DNA of 64,000 nucleotides, taken from NCBI GenBank assembly GCA_963695545.1, contig OY968796.1:2528001-2592000 (forward strand). Reading direction: 5' to 3'. Made by a program: the position numbers and the translations under genes. Shown here one piece after another: positions 53,729 to 63,208 of the stretch (positions are counted from its first letter, which is position 1; every line of letters starts with the position of its first letter). The stretch is from Terriglobia bacterium. GTDB lineage: Bacteria > Acidobacteriota > Terriglobia > Acidiferrales > UBA7541. The notes under the pieces were generated by a model, which ran no database searches, was not told the DNA's origin, and was given only the letters and a program-made list of their open reading frames with translations.

Positions 53729-54109
53729 CTATTGGCCCTTAAGATTCTTGTGGCCCGTGACCTGGATGTTCTCAAGATGTACGTCGCTACCGTCGACGAT
53801 TATATTGGCGCGGATGATGTCGCCAACATTCAGCGCCTTCAAGGCCTGTTCGTCCGGAACGTTGTAGGGCATGGACATCGCGTCCATGTATCCGGGCACG
53901 GCGTCGCCATCGACGACGACTTGGTGATTCGGCACGTCGATGGATTGCACGGTGCCGGTGAGCACGTAACGCTTGATGTCCGAGTGGTTGGTAGTTGGAT
54001 TGGAGAGCGATGGTTGTGCGGCGCGCGCGGCGCGCATCGATTGTCCGCCTGCGATAACGAGCAGCGCTGCGAAGCCCGCTAATGCCATTCCCAATTTGTT
54101 GCGTTGCAC
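53729..54109 (-). CDS. CusF-like periplasmic copper-binding protein
   Basis: Signal peptide; OB-fold G.V.S.D....VVV..VPGYMDAMSMPY...L.VGD.I. Confidence 0.78.
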   Translation of the reverse strand: MQRNKLGMALAGFAALLVIAGGQSMRAARAAQPSLSNPTTNHSDIKRYVLTGTVQSIDVPNHQVVVDGDAVPGYMDAMSMPYNVPDEQALKALNVGDIIRANIIVDGSDVHLENIQVTGHKNLKGQ

Positions 54110-54134
54110 GGTGGGTTTCCTCCTGATCTTTTAT

Positions 54135-55052
54135 TTATTTACTTTGCGCGGCGGTCTGCTGGATGGCCGAAAGCATATCGGGCGTGGTCCAGTCGTTGTC
54201 GGTCCAAGTGCGCGCCACGGTTCCGTCCGGACCGATCAGGATCGTGTCCATGCTGTGCACGATCTGATTGTCCTGTTCGTAGTATACGAGATCGAACGCG
54301 CTGGCGAGCTGCTTCAAATTGTCCGGTGAGGAAACAGCAAACTCCCAATGTGCGAAGCCCGAAGGATCTCCGCCCATGTACGCCAGTCCATATTTCCGCA
54401 GCACGGCGGGCGTGTCGTAACTGGGATCGAGGCTGATGCTCAGAAGTTGCGTGCGCGCGGAATCGGTGGGCGATTGCGCCAATTGCTTTTCGAGCGCCGC
54501 GAATTGCCCGCTGACGCGCGGGCAATAATCCGGGTTCGGGCAGCGCGTGTAAATGAACGTCAACAGCACGGCCTTTCCTTTGAACTCGGAGAGACGAATC
54601 GTTTTTCCGTCTTGATTCACCAGCGGAACGTCGGGCACGGCGGCGCCGGCCGCCAGGGGAGTCACGGTCTCGCCCGGCAACGGTTTTCCACGGCCGCTCT
54701 GATCGGTGATCAGAATATGTTCGAGCCAATAATCGCTGCTCGATTCAACCACCACGTCGGCCACGATTTTGTCACCTGGCTGAACTTCATCGAGCCCGTG
54801 CGGGTCGTGCACGGAATACGGCATGGTCATCGCCGCCATGAATCCGGGAATGTCGTCGTGAGCCACGGTGATCTGCTGCGCGTTGACGTCTTTCGAGATG
54901 ATCGTGCCGCTCATATGGAAGTGCTTGGGCGCTGGCGGACATCCGGCGGTGATCAATGCGAGACAAAGCAGCGCAACCGCGCCGAGTGTTTTTTCCGCGC
55001 GGCCGATCGCGGCGGCGCGGCTTTGATACGTTTGAAAACCTCTCACCAGCAT
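54135..55052 (-). CDS. SCO-family copper chaperone with N-terminal CusF-like domain (lipoprotein)
   Basis: ITAGC lipobox; HDDIPGFMAAMTMPY; FIYTRCPNPDYCP and IVHSM. Confidence 0.88.
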   Translation of the reverse strand: MLVRGFQTYQSRAAAIGRAEKTLGAVALLCLALITAGCPPAPKHFHMSGTIISKDVNAQQITVAHDDIPGFMAAMTMPYSVHDPHGLDEVQPGDKIVADVVVESSSDYWLEHILITDQSGRGKPLPGETVTPLAAGAAVPDVPLVNQDGKTIRLSEFKGKAVLLTFIYTRCPNPDYCPRVSGQFAALEKQLAQSPTDSARTQLLSISLDPSYDTPAVLRKYGLAYMGGDPSGFAHWEFAVSSPDNLKQLASAFDLVYYEQDNQIVHSMDTILIGPDGTVARTWTDNDWTTPDMLSAIQQTAAQSK

Positions 55053-55188
55053 CTCTTGCTCCAAGTTCTCCCGTGCTCCCTCAACCATTTTGCTGGTGCG
55101 CGTCGCGAAGCGCAACCCCGCTCAGCGCGCGCGCGTCGCCGCGTCACGCGCCTTGACAGCTTCGCCGCCGCACCGTTATACAAGATGC

Positions 55189-55611
55189 ATGGCGCAAACA
55201 TTTTTGATTTTCGATTTCGGCACGGATGAAGAAGCGGCGCAGAAGGCGCGTCACCGCGTTGAAGGCTGGAAACAGGGATTCAGACTCGACCGCAAAATGT
55301 TGCTGAGATTTGAGCGGGACGCGCCGGATCCCTCGGCGGAAGGCAGAAGCGGCGGCAAGGCGGAATCAAAATCCAAAAAGGCCGCCGAAGCGTCCGAGCC
55401 GGAAAACGGCCGAGTCCGCTTACTGGTGCGCTTGGATTTTTCGGATCACGAGAAGCTATCTCATCAGCGGTGGATCGATCGTATTCCCGGTGAAGACCCG
55501 TTTGCCGCGGCGAAGTCCGAAACCGTCGCCCATGACCACAAAGACTTCGAGGCCACCGCCAAACGCTTCGAGGCGCTCGAAGCCCAGCCCGGTCCGCCGC
55601 GCTCGCGCTAA
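55189..55611 (+). CDS. Hypothetical protein, probably leaderless
   Basis: TTGACA (55153) and TATACA (55177) promoter elements place the expected transcription start at the ATG. Confidence 0.7.
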   Translation: MAQTFLIFDFGTDEEAAQKARHRVEGWKQGFRLDRKMLLRFERDAPDPSAEGRSGGKAESKSKKAAEASEPENGRVRLLVRLDFSDHEKLSHQRWIDRIPGEDPFAAAKSETVAHDHKDFEATAKRFEALEAQPGPPRSR

Positions 55612-55614
55612 AAG

Positions 55615-55725
55615 CTACTTACGCGGCGGTTCGTTCACGGCGCGAAGAATGTAGCTGAACGCCGCAGCCCCCACCACGGCCGTGGCTACCCAGATCGCCG
55701 CAACCCTCAGTAAGATCGCAGTCAC
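55615..55725 (-). CDS. Putative small single-TM protein (36 aa)
   Basis: Hand translation: (M)TAILLRVAAIWVATAVVGAAAFSYILRAVNEPPRK*. GTG start behind AGGGGG. Confidence 0.4.
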   Translation of the reverse strand: MTAILLRVAAIWVATAVVGAAAFSYILRAVNEPPRK

Positions 55726-56061
55726 CGTGCGCCCCCTGAAATTGCCACTTACTACAGAGATCCTGGTATTGGTTAGGGCAACCACCTAGCCACTTACGAT
55801 ATTTCGGTGATGGATTCTAAGCCGCTTATTATCTATGGCTTGGAAGTCAGTTGGGACTGGACCGTCCGGGCAAGGCTAGTCCTAGTCCGCGTAAAGGATA
55901 CACCGTACTGAACTTGTTTACATTTTCCCAGCGGACCGGCGTTCCGGTGCAGTTTCCATGCCTGTCCTTCTATTGGCCCTTTGTACAGCATTCGCGAGCG
56001 TCGCCGGTCTGTAACGTTGCCTTGAGTCTCTCTCTCAGATGGCACTTCCAGGAGGCCGGGC

Positions 56062-58104
56062 ATGCGTTCGTCGGCGAAATGGTGTGGGGCGGTTTTGGCG
56101 TTGGCGTTAGCGACGGCAGGTACGGCCGTCGCGGAAGACTGGCGCCCAGTTGGACCGCAAGGCGGAGACGTCGGCTCTCTGGCGGCCGTGCCGGGCGGCA
56201 TGCAGGTGCTATTCATCGGTACCTCGGACGGGCACGTGTTTCGCTCCGACGACGGCGGCGAGCATTGGATTATGGACGGCCGCGTGTCTTCCGGGCACGA
56301 CGACGTGGTGACCACGATTCTCGTCGATCCTCGCGCGCATCAGACGCTGCTCGCGAGCAGTTGGTCGCTCAGCGGCACTGGCGGCGGCGTGTGGCGCAGC
56401 CGCGATGGAGGCCGCAATTGGGAGTCGGCCGGCCTTGAGGGTCACGCTGTGCGCGCTTTGGCCGCCGCTGCGTCGAATCCCGATCTACTTGTCGCTGGCG
56501 CCGTGGACGGCGTGTTTCGTTCGCGCGACGCGGGCCGCACTTGGGAGCGAATTTCCCCCGAGGGCCGCGACGATCTTGTGAATTTCGATTCCATCGCCAT
56601 TGATCCGCACGATCCCGACACTATTTACGCCGGCACATTTCACTTGCCCTGGAAGACGACTGATGGCGGCCACACCTGGATTCCGATTCACACCGGCATG
56701 GTGGAAGATTCCGACGTGATGAGTCTGAGCGTCGATCCTCGCGATTCCCAGCACGTTTTCGCCAGCGCCTGCTCGGGCATTTATTCGAGCCACAACGGCG
56801 GATTGAATTGGGTGAAGTTCAAAGGCATCCCGAACACTTCCCGGCGCACAGTCCATCTGGTGCAAGATCCGCAGAATCCGCTCACGATTTACGCGGCGAC
56901 GACTTTGGGTTTGTGGAAAACCACCGACGACGGCGCCTCGTGGCACATGATCACGCCCGTTACCTGGAGCATTCTTTCGATCCTGATCGATCCGGCGCAC
57001 TCGGATCGCCTGGTGCTGGGGACGGAGCATTTGGGCGTTGAACTCAGCGCGGACGGCGGCCAAACGTATCGCGCCGCAAACGATGGCTTCACCTACCGGC
57101 GCATCGCGGATCTCGCTACCGACCCCGCGCATCCCGGTTGGGCGCTCGTGGTGCAGACGAATGCCGTTGAACCCGTGCTCGAAACGCGCGACTCAGGGCA
57201 CACCTGGACTCCGCTCGCCGTCGGTTTGAAAAACGGCCCACCGCGCCGCGTGTTTTCTTCGCCGGATGGCTGGTTAGCCGCGCCCGCGCCGGGCGGCTTG
57301 CTCAAATATAACGAGGCGCAAAGCGAATGGACCGTCGCAAACGAAGTGATCGAAAAGCCCGCGGCGACGGCGCGTTCCACCGCGAGAGGCGCGGGCACTT
57401 CGAGCCGCGCGGCGGGCAAGGCTGCCGCGTCGGCGAAGCCTGCTCCGGCGGTGCGCACGATCGTCCCGCTGCGCGCGGTGGTGAACGACGTCGCGTTTTC
57501 AGCCGACGCCTGGTACGCAGCCACCGAATCCGGCCTCTACGTTTCGCGCGACCGCGGAGCAACCTGGAGGTCGATTCCGCTTCCATTCCACGCGACGGAT
57601 CCCGCGCGCGCCGTACGCGTTCGCGGCGGACTTCTGTGGGTCATCACGCCGCATTCGCTTGAAATTTCCTCGGATGCCGGCAAGACCTGGGAAACGCGCG
57701 CACTTCCCGTCGAAGGCCGCACGGGTTCGCGTCTTGAAATGATCGCCGGCGGCGGCGCCATTCTCGGGAACGATCGCGGCCTGTTCGTTACGCGCGACGC
57801 CGGATTCACCTGGCAACAGGCGCCGCTTCCGCAGCTCGTAATCGAAGATCTCGTCGTGACGCCGAGGGCTGTGATCGTCACCACGCCCGCCGGCCTCTAT
57901 GTCTCAAGCGACTCCGGCCGCATATGGAGCCGCCTGGAAACGCCCGCTTCGGAATCGGAGTCGCCGGTCATCCGGCCTGTAGGCAGTGGCGAAGAGCTGC
58001 TGGCCGCTTCTCCCACGGAAGGTTTGTATGTGACGGAAGTCGCGTCGGTCGATGCGCCCGTTTCCGCCAGCCGCGATTCGGACGACTCCTCGACGCAAAA
58101 GTAA
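56062..58104 (+). CDS. Exported BNR/Asp-box (VPS10/YCF48-like) beta-propeller protein
   Basis: Signal peptide; many S/T-x-D-G-G-x-T-W Asp-box repeats; AGGAGG RBS. Confidence 0.85.
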   Translation: MRSSAKWCGAVLALALATAGTAVAEDWRPVGPQGGDVGSLAAVPGGMQVLFIGTSDGHVFRSDDGGEHWIMDGRVSSGHDDVVTTILVDPRAHQTLLASSWSLSGTGGGVWRSRDGGRNWESAGLEGHAVRALAAAASNPDLLVAGAVDGVFRSRDAGRTWERISPEGRDDLVNFDSIAIDPHDPDTIYAGTFHLPWKTTDGGHTWIPIHTGMVEDSDVMSLSVDPRDSQHVFASACSGIYSSHNGGLNWVKFKGIPNTSRRTVHLVQDPQNPLTIYAATTLGLWKTTDDGASWHMITPVTWSILSILIDPAHSDRLVLGTEHLGVELSADGGQTYRAANDGFTYRRIADLATDPAHPGWALVVQTNAVEPVLETRDSGHTWTPLAVGLKNGPPRRVFSSPDGWLAAPAPGGLLKYNEAQSEWTVANEVIEKPAATARSTARGAGTSSRAAGKAAASAKPAPAVRTIVPLRAVVNDVAFSADAWYAATESGLYVSRDRGATWRSIPLPFHATDPARAVRVRGGLLWVITPHSLEISSDAGKTWETRALPVEGRTGSRLEMIAGGGAILGNDRGLFVTRDAGFTWQQAPLPQLVIEDLVVTPRAVIVTTPAGLYVSSDSGRIWSRLETPASESESPVIRPVGSGEELLAASPTEGLYVTEVASVDAPVSASRDSDDSSTQK

Positions 58105-58140
58105 AGAAGGCGCGCCCGCCCCGCAGTTTTCCGGTTCGAT

Positions 58141-60477
58141 CTACAACTGGAAGTGGATTGTCACGGTGATGTGGGCTGTCGTCGGCTTGCCGTCAAGCAT
58201 TGCGGGGAAATACTTGCGCTGTCGAAGCGCATCAAGCGCCGCTTGGCGCAGCATTGCCGGTCCGGAAAGCACCGTCATACTCGCCACTCGCCCGCTCTCA
58301 TCGATCAAGACGTCCACGCTAACGTCCCCTTGCACCTTCTCCGCGCGAGCAGAGTATGGATAAATCGGCTCCGGCGCGGAACGCAAGCGCGGCTGCTGCG
58401 CGCCTGATGAAGTCCGCATCGGCGGAGGCGCTGCCGGGCCGCTCGGCTGCGATTCGGCGAGAAATTCATTGGTCGAAGCTGCGGTACTCGGTCCACCAGC
58501 CGCAATCGCGGGCGCCGCTTGATTCGTGGAGCGCGCCGCGGCCCTGGGCGCCGCGATCCTGGTCTCTGCAACTTCGGGTTCCGGCGCGAAATCCGGCGTT
58601 GGCTGGGGTGGCGCAGCAGATCCAGTTTTGTTTCCAGTCGAGCTCGCAGGCGATGCCGCCGAAGGACTCGCAATCGAGCGCGCATTCACGGCCGGCGGAT
58701 TGCCGACTTTTGTGTTCGGCGCATTTTTCGGCGTCGCCGCAATCCCGGTTGAGGTCGCGGCGAGTGGTCCCGTGCCCGAAGTCGTCGCCGCGTAGGTGGG
58801 CAGCGGCGCGCCAGAAAGCGGCGCGTTCGACGCAGGCGTCGCACTAGAGACAGTGGCGCCGATCGGTGTGGGCGCGGTAAAAATGGACTGGCTCGAAGCA
58901 GCGCCATTCGCGTCGAGTTTGGGATTTTTCTGCCAATGATAGACTGCGGCGCCGGCCGCCATCGCCCCAAACAGCGCAGCGGCCACGGCGATGCCCGCGG
59001 CATTTGCCCGTTTTGGTTCGGCTTCCTTTTTCCACGTGAAAGCTTGATCCGCGTTCGGCGCCGTTTCGCTCCGCGCTTTCGCCGCCGGACGAATGGGCGC
59101 CGCCTTGAATTTTTCGCGCGCGGCGGTCGTTGCCTTGGGCCGCGCGGGCATGGGCACAGGCGCTGCCGCGATAGGCTCCCACTTAGCGACCGCCGGCACG
59201 GCGGCGGGTGGAGCAGCGGGCGATGCCGAGCTCACTGGTGCGGGCTTCGCATCCTCGGGCTCCACAGTTGCAGGTTCTGCAACTGCGATTGCAATCTCTG
59301 CGGCGTCATGCTGCGCGGAGCGCATTGCTTCAACCGGCGAAGCCTCGGCCAAGGACATAGCCTCGGCGTGCGCTTCTACAGGCGGCGCGGTCCCAATTTC
59401 GCTGGCACCGGTCTGCGCGGAGCGCATTGCTTCGACCGTCTGCGGGGAGCGCATTGCTTCGACCGTCTCCGCGGAGTGCGCAACCTCGCCGGCCGCGACC
59501 CCAGCCGGAACCTCCATCAATTTTGAGAAAACATGACGCGCTCCCGTTCCAGGCGCGCTCTTGGCCGTCTGCGAACCGGGGTTTGCCGCTCGCGCCGCGG
59601 GAACGGGTGATGTCGGCCTTGTGACGGCCGGGCTTTTCGGAATCGCGGCCGCTTCCCGGTGCGCCAATTCCGCGCTCGTGGATTCGCCGCCGCCGGCCGC
59701 CGCCAACGCGTCTCCCCAGAACCCTGGCGCCGGCGCCAGGAATTCGAGTTCGACATAATATTTTTCGCCGCCGTTGGTTTTCACGCCGACCACGCGGCAG
59801 GCCGCTTCTACGCTCGATGCGAGATGCCTCAAAATGAGTATCTGCCCCGGCACCACGGTCTCGGCCAGGCGCACGACGGCGCCGCGCGCGAAGATGATCG
59901 CAGTGGTTGTCTGCTCGATGAACGCCTCGGAAGTTCGCGTTCCCCCCGATTCCGATTCCGAAACGTGAGACGCTCCGTGAACCGCCACGCCGAATTCGGC
60001 CTGCACCAAAACCGGAGCCGCAGCCGAGACATCTCCAGCAGTCGCCTTCGCCACGGCGCAAAGCTTTATGGACACGACCATGCGCACATGCGCGCCCGTG
60101 CTCGTCGCCAGAACCACGCGATCCAGCTCGATGACCTCATCGAGATTCAATTCGAGTTCGTCTTGTAACGGCGGCACCATGATGGCGATCGTCGCGTGCC
60201 CATGCTTCACCGCGTAGATGCCCACCTGCGCGTCGTCGTCGTTCAAATCGCCGGCGATTTCAAGGTCCGTTGGAAACGTCGCAAACTCGGCGGAATTCGC
60301 GGTGGGCCGCACGGCGACATGCACGGTGATCTCAAAATTGCGGCCGCCCGAGCACTCCATCGCGCCGCGGCTCCAATAGCCGTAGCCTTTTTCGTTGCGG
60401 CCCCAATCCGCGGCCACATCGGCGCTCGCCTTAAGGCAGAGCGGTTCCTCGCGCGCGATGGAAATAACCAGAGGCAT
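58141..60477 (-). CDS. TonB_C-domain membrane protein with cytoplasmic PilZ-like domain
   Basis: C-terminal P.YP..A....VQG.V.V...IDESG.V...SGP..L..AA.DA TonB_C; central TM; F.E.T.T..IF..GAV..L...CRVV...VELEF..PAPGFWG PilZ-like barrel. Start uncertain. Confidence 0.75.
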   Translation of the reverse strand: MPLVISIAREEPLCLKASADVAADWGRNEKGYGYWSRGAMECSGGRNFEITVHVAVRPTANSAEFATFPTDLEIAGDLNDDDAQVGIYAVKHGHATIAIMVPPLQDELELNLDEVIELDRVVLATSTGAHVRMVVSIKLCAVAKATAGDVSAAAPVLVQAEFGVAVHGASHVSESESGGTRTSEAFIEQTTTAIIFARGAVVRLAETVVPGQILILRHLASSVEAACRVVGVKTNGGEKYYVELEFLAPAPGFWGDALAAAGGGESTSAELAHREAAAIPKSPAVTRPTSPVPAARAANPGSQTAKSAPGTGARHVFSKLMEVPAGVAAGEVAHSAETVEAMRSPQTVEAMRSAQTGASEIGTAPPVEAHAEAMSLAEASPVEAMRSAQHDAAEIAIAVAEPATVEPEDAKPAPVSSASPAAPPAAVPAVAKWEPIAAAPVPMPARPKATTAAREKFKAAPIRPAAKARSETAPNADQAFTWKKEAEPKRANAAGIAVAAALFGAMAAGAAVYHWQKNPKLDANGAASSQSIFTAPTPIGATVSSATPASNAPLSGAPLPTYAATTSGTGPLAATSTGIAATPKNAPNTKVGNPPAVNARSIASPSAASPASSTGNKTGSAAPPQPTPDFAPEPEVAETRIAAPRAAARSTNQAAPAIAAGGPSTAASTNEFLAESQPSGPAAPPPMRTSSGAQQPRLRSAPEPIYPYSARAEKVQGDVSVDVLIDESGRVASMTVLSGPAMLRQAALDALRQRKYFPAMLDGKPTTAHITVTIHFQL
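59311..59476 (-). repeat. Coding 27-bp tandem repeat (TVEAMRS[PA]Q)
   Basis: Two adjacent copies at 59411-59464, a partial copy at 59465-76, and a dispersed copy at 59311-35. Confidence 0.8.
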
Positions 60478-60922
60478 TAGAGCGTGCTCCCTGCCAATCT
60501 TTGGGACTGCTCTCCCGCGTGATGCGCGCCACATTTCGCCGGGCGTAATCGGCGGTTCGGAGAAAACACCAGCCCATCCGGCCGTCTATCGATCCGGATT
60601 CTTCTCGATCCAGGTTGTCGTTTTGACTTCCGGTCGAATGATAAGGTACCCCCAGTAGGGGTAGCATGCAACGTTTCAGACGATTTGGGGTGGCTTTTTC
60701 GGTAGCGCCAGTAAAGGCGCCGAATTGCGGGTCCCAAGGTCCTTAGTATGCGGCCTTTCGCGGGACCGATTGGACCGATTCGCCTTGCCCAGCGCGGATA
60801 CGCGCGCGTATTCTGGTTGCCATCAGTGTCCCGCACCGCCTGTACTCCTTGGCAGCCCGGTTCGGCTATAATGGCGAGCGCCCAAAAGCGCCTTTTTCAA
60901 GTTCTTGGGGAGGTTTTTCGGC

Positions 60923-63079
60923 ATGGCCGTCCAGACGCGAGCTAAAGCCGCCGCCACCGATGCGACCCGCTACCGCGGTTTGAGCCGCGAGGATTTGATC
61001 CGCATCTATCGCACGATGTATCTCTCGCGCCGGCTCGACGACCGCGAAATCCAGCTCAAGCGCCAGAACCGAACTTACTTTCAGATCAGCGGCGCGGGCC
61101 ACGAGGCCGTCGGCGCCGCCGCGGGCTTGGCGCTGCGGCCCAGCCACGATTGGGTTCTGCCGTATTATCGCGATCGCGCGCTCTGCCTGATGCTCGGCAT
61201 CACGCCGTACGACATGCTGCTGCAAGCCGTCGGCGCGAAAGCCGATCCGAGTTCCGGCGGGCGGCAAATGCCCTCGCATTGGGGCAGCCAGAAATTGAAC
61301 ATCGTGCCGCGCTCTTCTGCCGTCGGCACACAGTATGTGCAAGCCGTGGGCATGGCGGAAGCGTCGCTCTATTTCAGCCACTTTCCGCACGCGCTCGAAC
61401 TTGCGCACGGCGCGCCGCTCGGCGAAGGCGTACGCCACCATGACGACGAAATTGTTCTGGTCACCGGCGGCGAAGGCAGCACGAGCGAAGGCGAATTTTT
61501 CGAAGCGTTGAACGTTGCGTGCCTCAAGCGCCTCCCGGTGCTTTTCCTGATTGAAGACAACGGCTACGCAATTTCTCAGCCCGTCGAGCGCCAGACGGCC
61601 GGCGGCAGCATTTCCAAGCTGGTGCAGAATTTCCCCGGCTTGCTCGTCGAAGAATGCGATGGCACCGATCCTCTTGCGAGTTACGAAGTGCTGGCGCGCG
61701 CGGTCGCGCACGGCCGTGAACGCAAAGGCCCGACGCTGGTCCACGCGCATGTCACCAGGCCGTATACCCATTCGCTTTCCGATGACGACAAGCTCTACAA
61801 GACTTCCGAGGAGCGCGAATCGGAAGCGCATCGCGATCCGATTCCCAAGTTCGGCTTATTCCTCGTGCGCGAAGGGATCCTCGACGAAAAGGGCATGGAG
61901 GAGATGGAAGCCGCGGTTGATGCCGAGGTCCGCGACGCGGTTGATCGCGCGCTTGTCGCCGAGCCGCCATCCACCGATTCGATTCTCACGTTTCAATATT
62001 CTCCCGATGTGGATCCGACTTCAGACCGCTTCGCGGCCGAGCCGAATCTCTCAGGCGATCCGCTCACGATGGTGGAGATGATCTCGGCCACGCTCAGCGA
62101 CGAAATGGCGCGCGACGATCGCATTGTTGTCCTTGGCGAAGATGTCGCCGACGGCGGTCGCGAAGAAAATGTCGGCAAGATCAAAGGCAAAGGCGGCGTG
62201 TTCAAGGCTACCGCCGGATTGCAGCGGCGCTTCGGCGGCGAGCGCGTGTTCAGCACTACCCTGGCCGAAGCCAATATTGTCGGCCGGTCGTTGGGTATGG
62301 CCGTGCGCGGCATGAAACCCGTGGCCGAAATTCAATTTTTCGATTACATCTGGCCTGCCATGATGCAGTTCCGCGACGAGCTCTGCGTGTTTCGCTGGCG
62401 CTCGGCGGGCGCGTTCAAGGCGCCCGCGATTATTCGCGCGCCCATCGGCGGATATCTTTCTGGCGGCGCGATCTATCACAGCCAATCCGGCGAAGTGATG
62501 TTCACGCACCTGCCGGGGCTGCGCGTGGTCATGCCTGCCACCGCGCTCGATTTGTGCGGCCTGCTGCGCACGGCGCTGCGCGCGGACGATCCCGTTCTTT
62601 TCCTCGAGCACAAACATTTGTATCGGCAGCCGTACAATCGCTCGCCGTATCCCGGCCCTGATTTCACGATCCCCTTCGGCAAGGCGCGCGTCCTGCGCGA
62701 AGGTTCTGACGTCACCGTTGTGACTTACGGCGCCCTCGTGCATCGTGCGAATCAGGCCGCGGCGCAGCTTGCGCGCGAAGGCATCTCGGTTGAATTGCTC
62801 GATCTGCGCTCGCTCTCGCCGTACGATTGGGACGCGATCGCCACGAGCGTACGCAAGACCGGCCGCGTGCTCGTCGCGCACGAAGATACAATTAGCTGGG
62901 GCTACGGCGCGGAAATCGCCGCGCGCATCGCCGATGAACTGTTCGACGATCTGGACGCTCCCGTGCGCCGCGTCGGCGCGATGGATACCTTCTGCGGCTA
63001 TCACCCCGATCTCGAAAACAAAATCCTGCCCCAGACCGAAGACTTGGCCCGAGCTCTGCGCGATTTAACGGCGTATTGA
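60923..63079 (+). CDS. 2-oxoacid (2-oxoisovalerate-type) dehydrogenase E1, fused alpha/beta subunits
   Basis: [23 protein letters not shown]...DNGYAIS TPP motif, HSLSDD; beta part [16 protein letters not shown] and FLEHK. Confidence 0.92.
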   Translation: MAVQTRAKAAATDATRYRGLSREDLIRIYRTMYLSRRLDDREIQLKRQNRTYFQISGAGHEAVGAAAGLALRPSHDWVLPYYRDRALCLMLGITPYDMLLQAVGAKADPSSGGRQMPSHWGSQKLNIVPRSSAVGTQYVQAVGMAEASLYFSHFPHALELAHGAPLGEGVRHHDDEIVLVTGGEGSTSEGEFFEALNVACLKRLPVLFLIEDNGYAISQPVERQTAGGSISKLVQNFPGLLVEECDGTDPLASYEVLARAVAHGRERKGPTLVHAHVTRPYTHSLSDDDKLYKTSEERESEAHRDPIPKFGLFLVREGILDEKGMEEMEAAVDAEVRDAVDRALVAEPPSTDSILTFQYSPDVDPTSDRFAAEPNLSGDPLTMVEMISATLSDEMARDDRIVVLGEDVADGGREENVGKIKGKGGVFKATAGLQRRFGGERVFSTTLAEANIVGRSLGMAVRGMKPVAEIQFFDYIWPAMMQFRDELCVFRWRSAGAFKAPAIIRAPIGGYLSGGAIYHSQSGEVMFTHLPGLRVVMPATALDLCGLLRTALRADDPVLFLEHKHLYRQPYNRSPYPGPDFTIPFGKARVLREGSDVTVVTYGALVHRANQAAAQLAREGISVELLDLRSLSPYDWDAIATSVRKTGRVLVAHEDTISWGYGAEIAARIADELFDDLDAPVRRVGAMDTFCGYHPDLENKILPQTEDLARALRDLTAY

Positions 63080-63208
63080 TCCGCGCGCCCCGCCAAACCC
63101 GCCCCAAGTCTGGCGATGGCCAGGTTCCGATAATCCGACTGATCAGGAGTTAGGCGCATTCGCGCCAGCGACCGGCATGATAGCCAACTGAAGCTACCCA
63201 TCCATGAT

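Noticed and set aside
55740..56060. Riboswitch in the lower-GC intergenic region upstream of the BNR protein
   Set aside because: I could not identify a recognisable aptamer consensus or a convincing long stem by eye.
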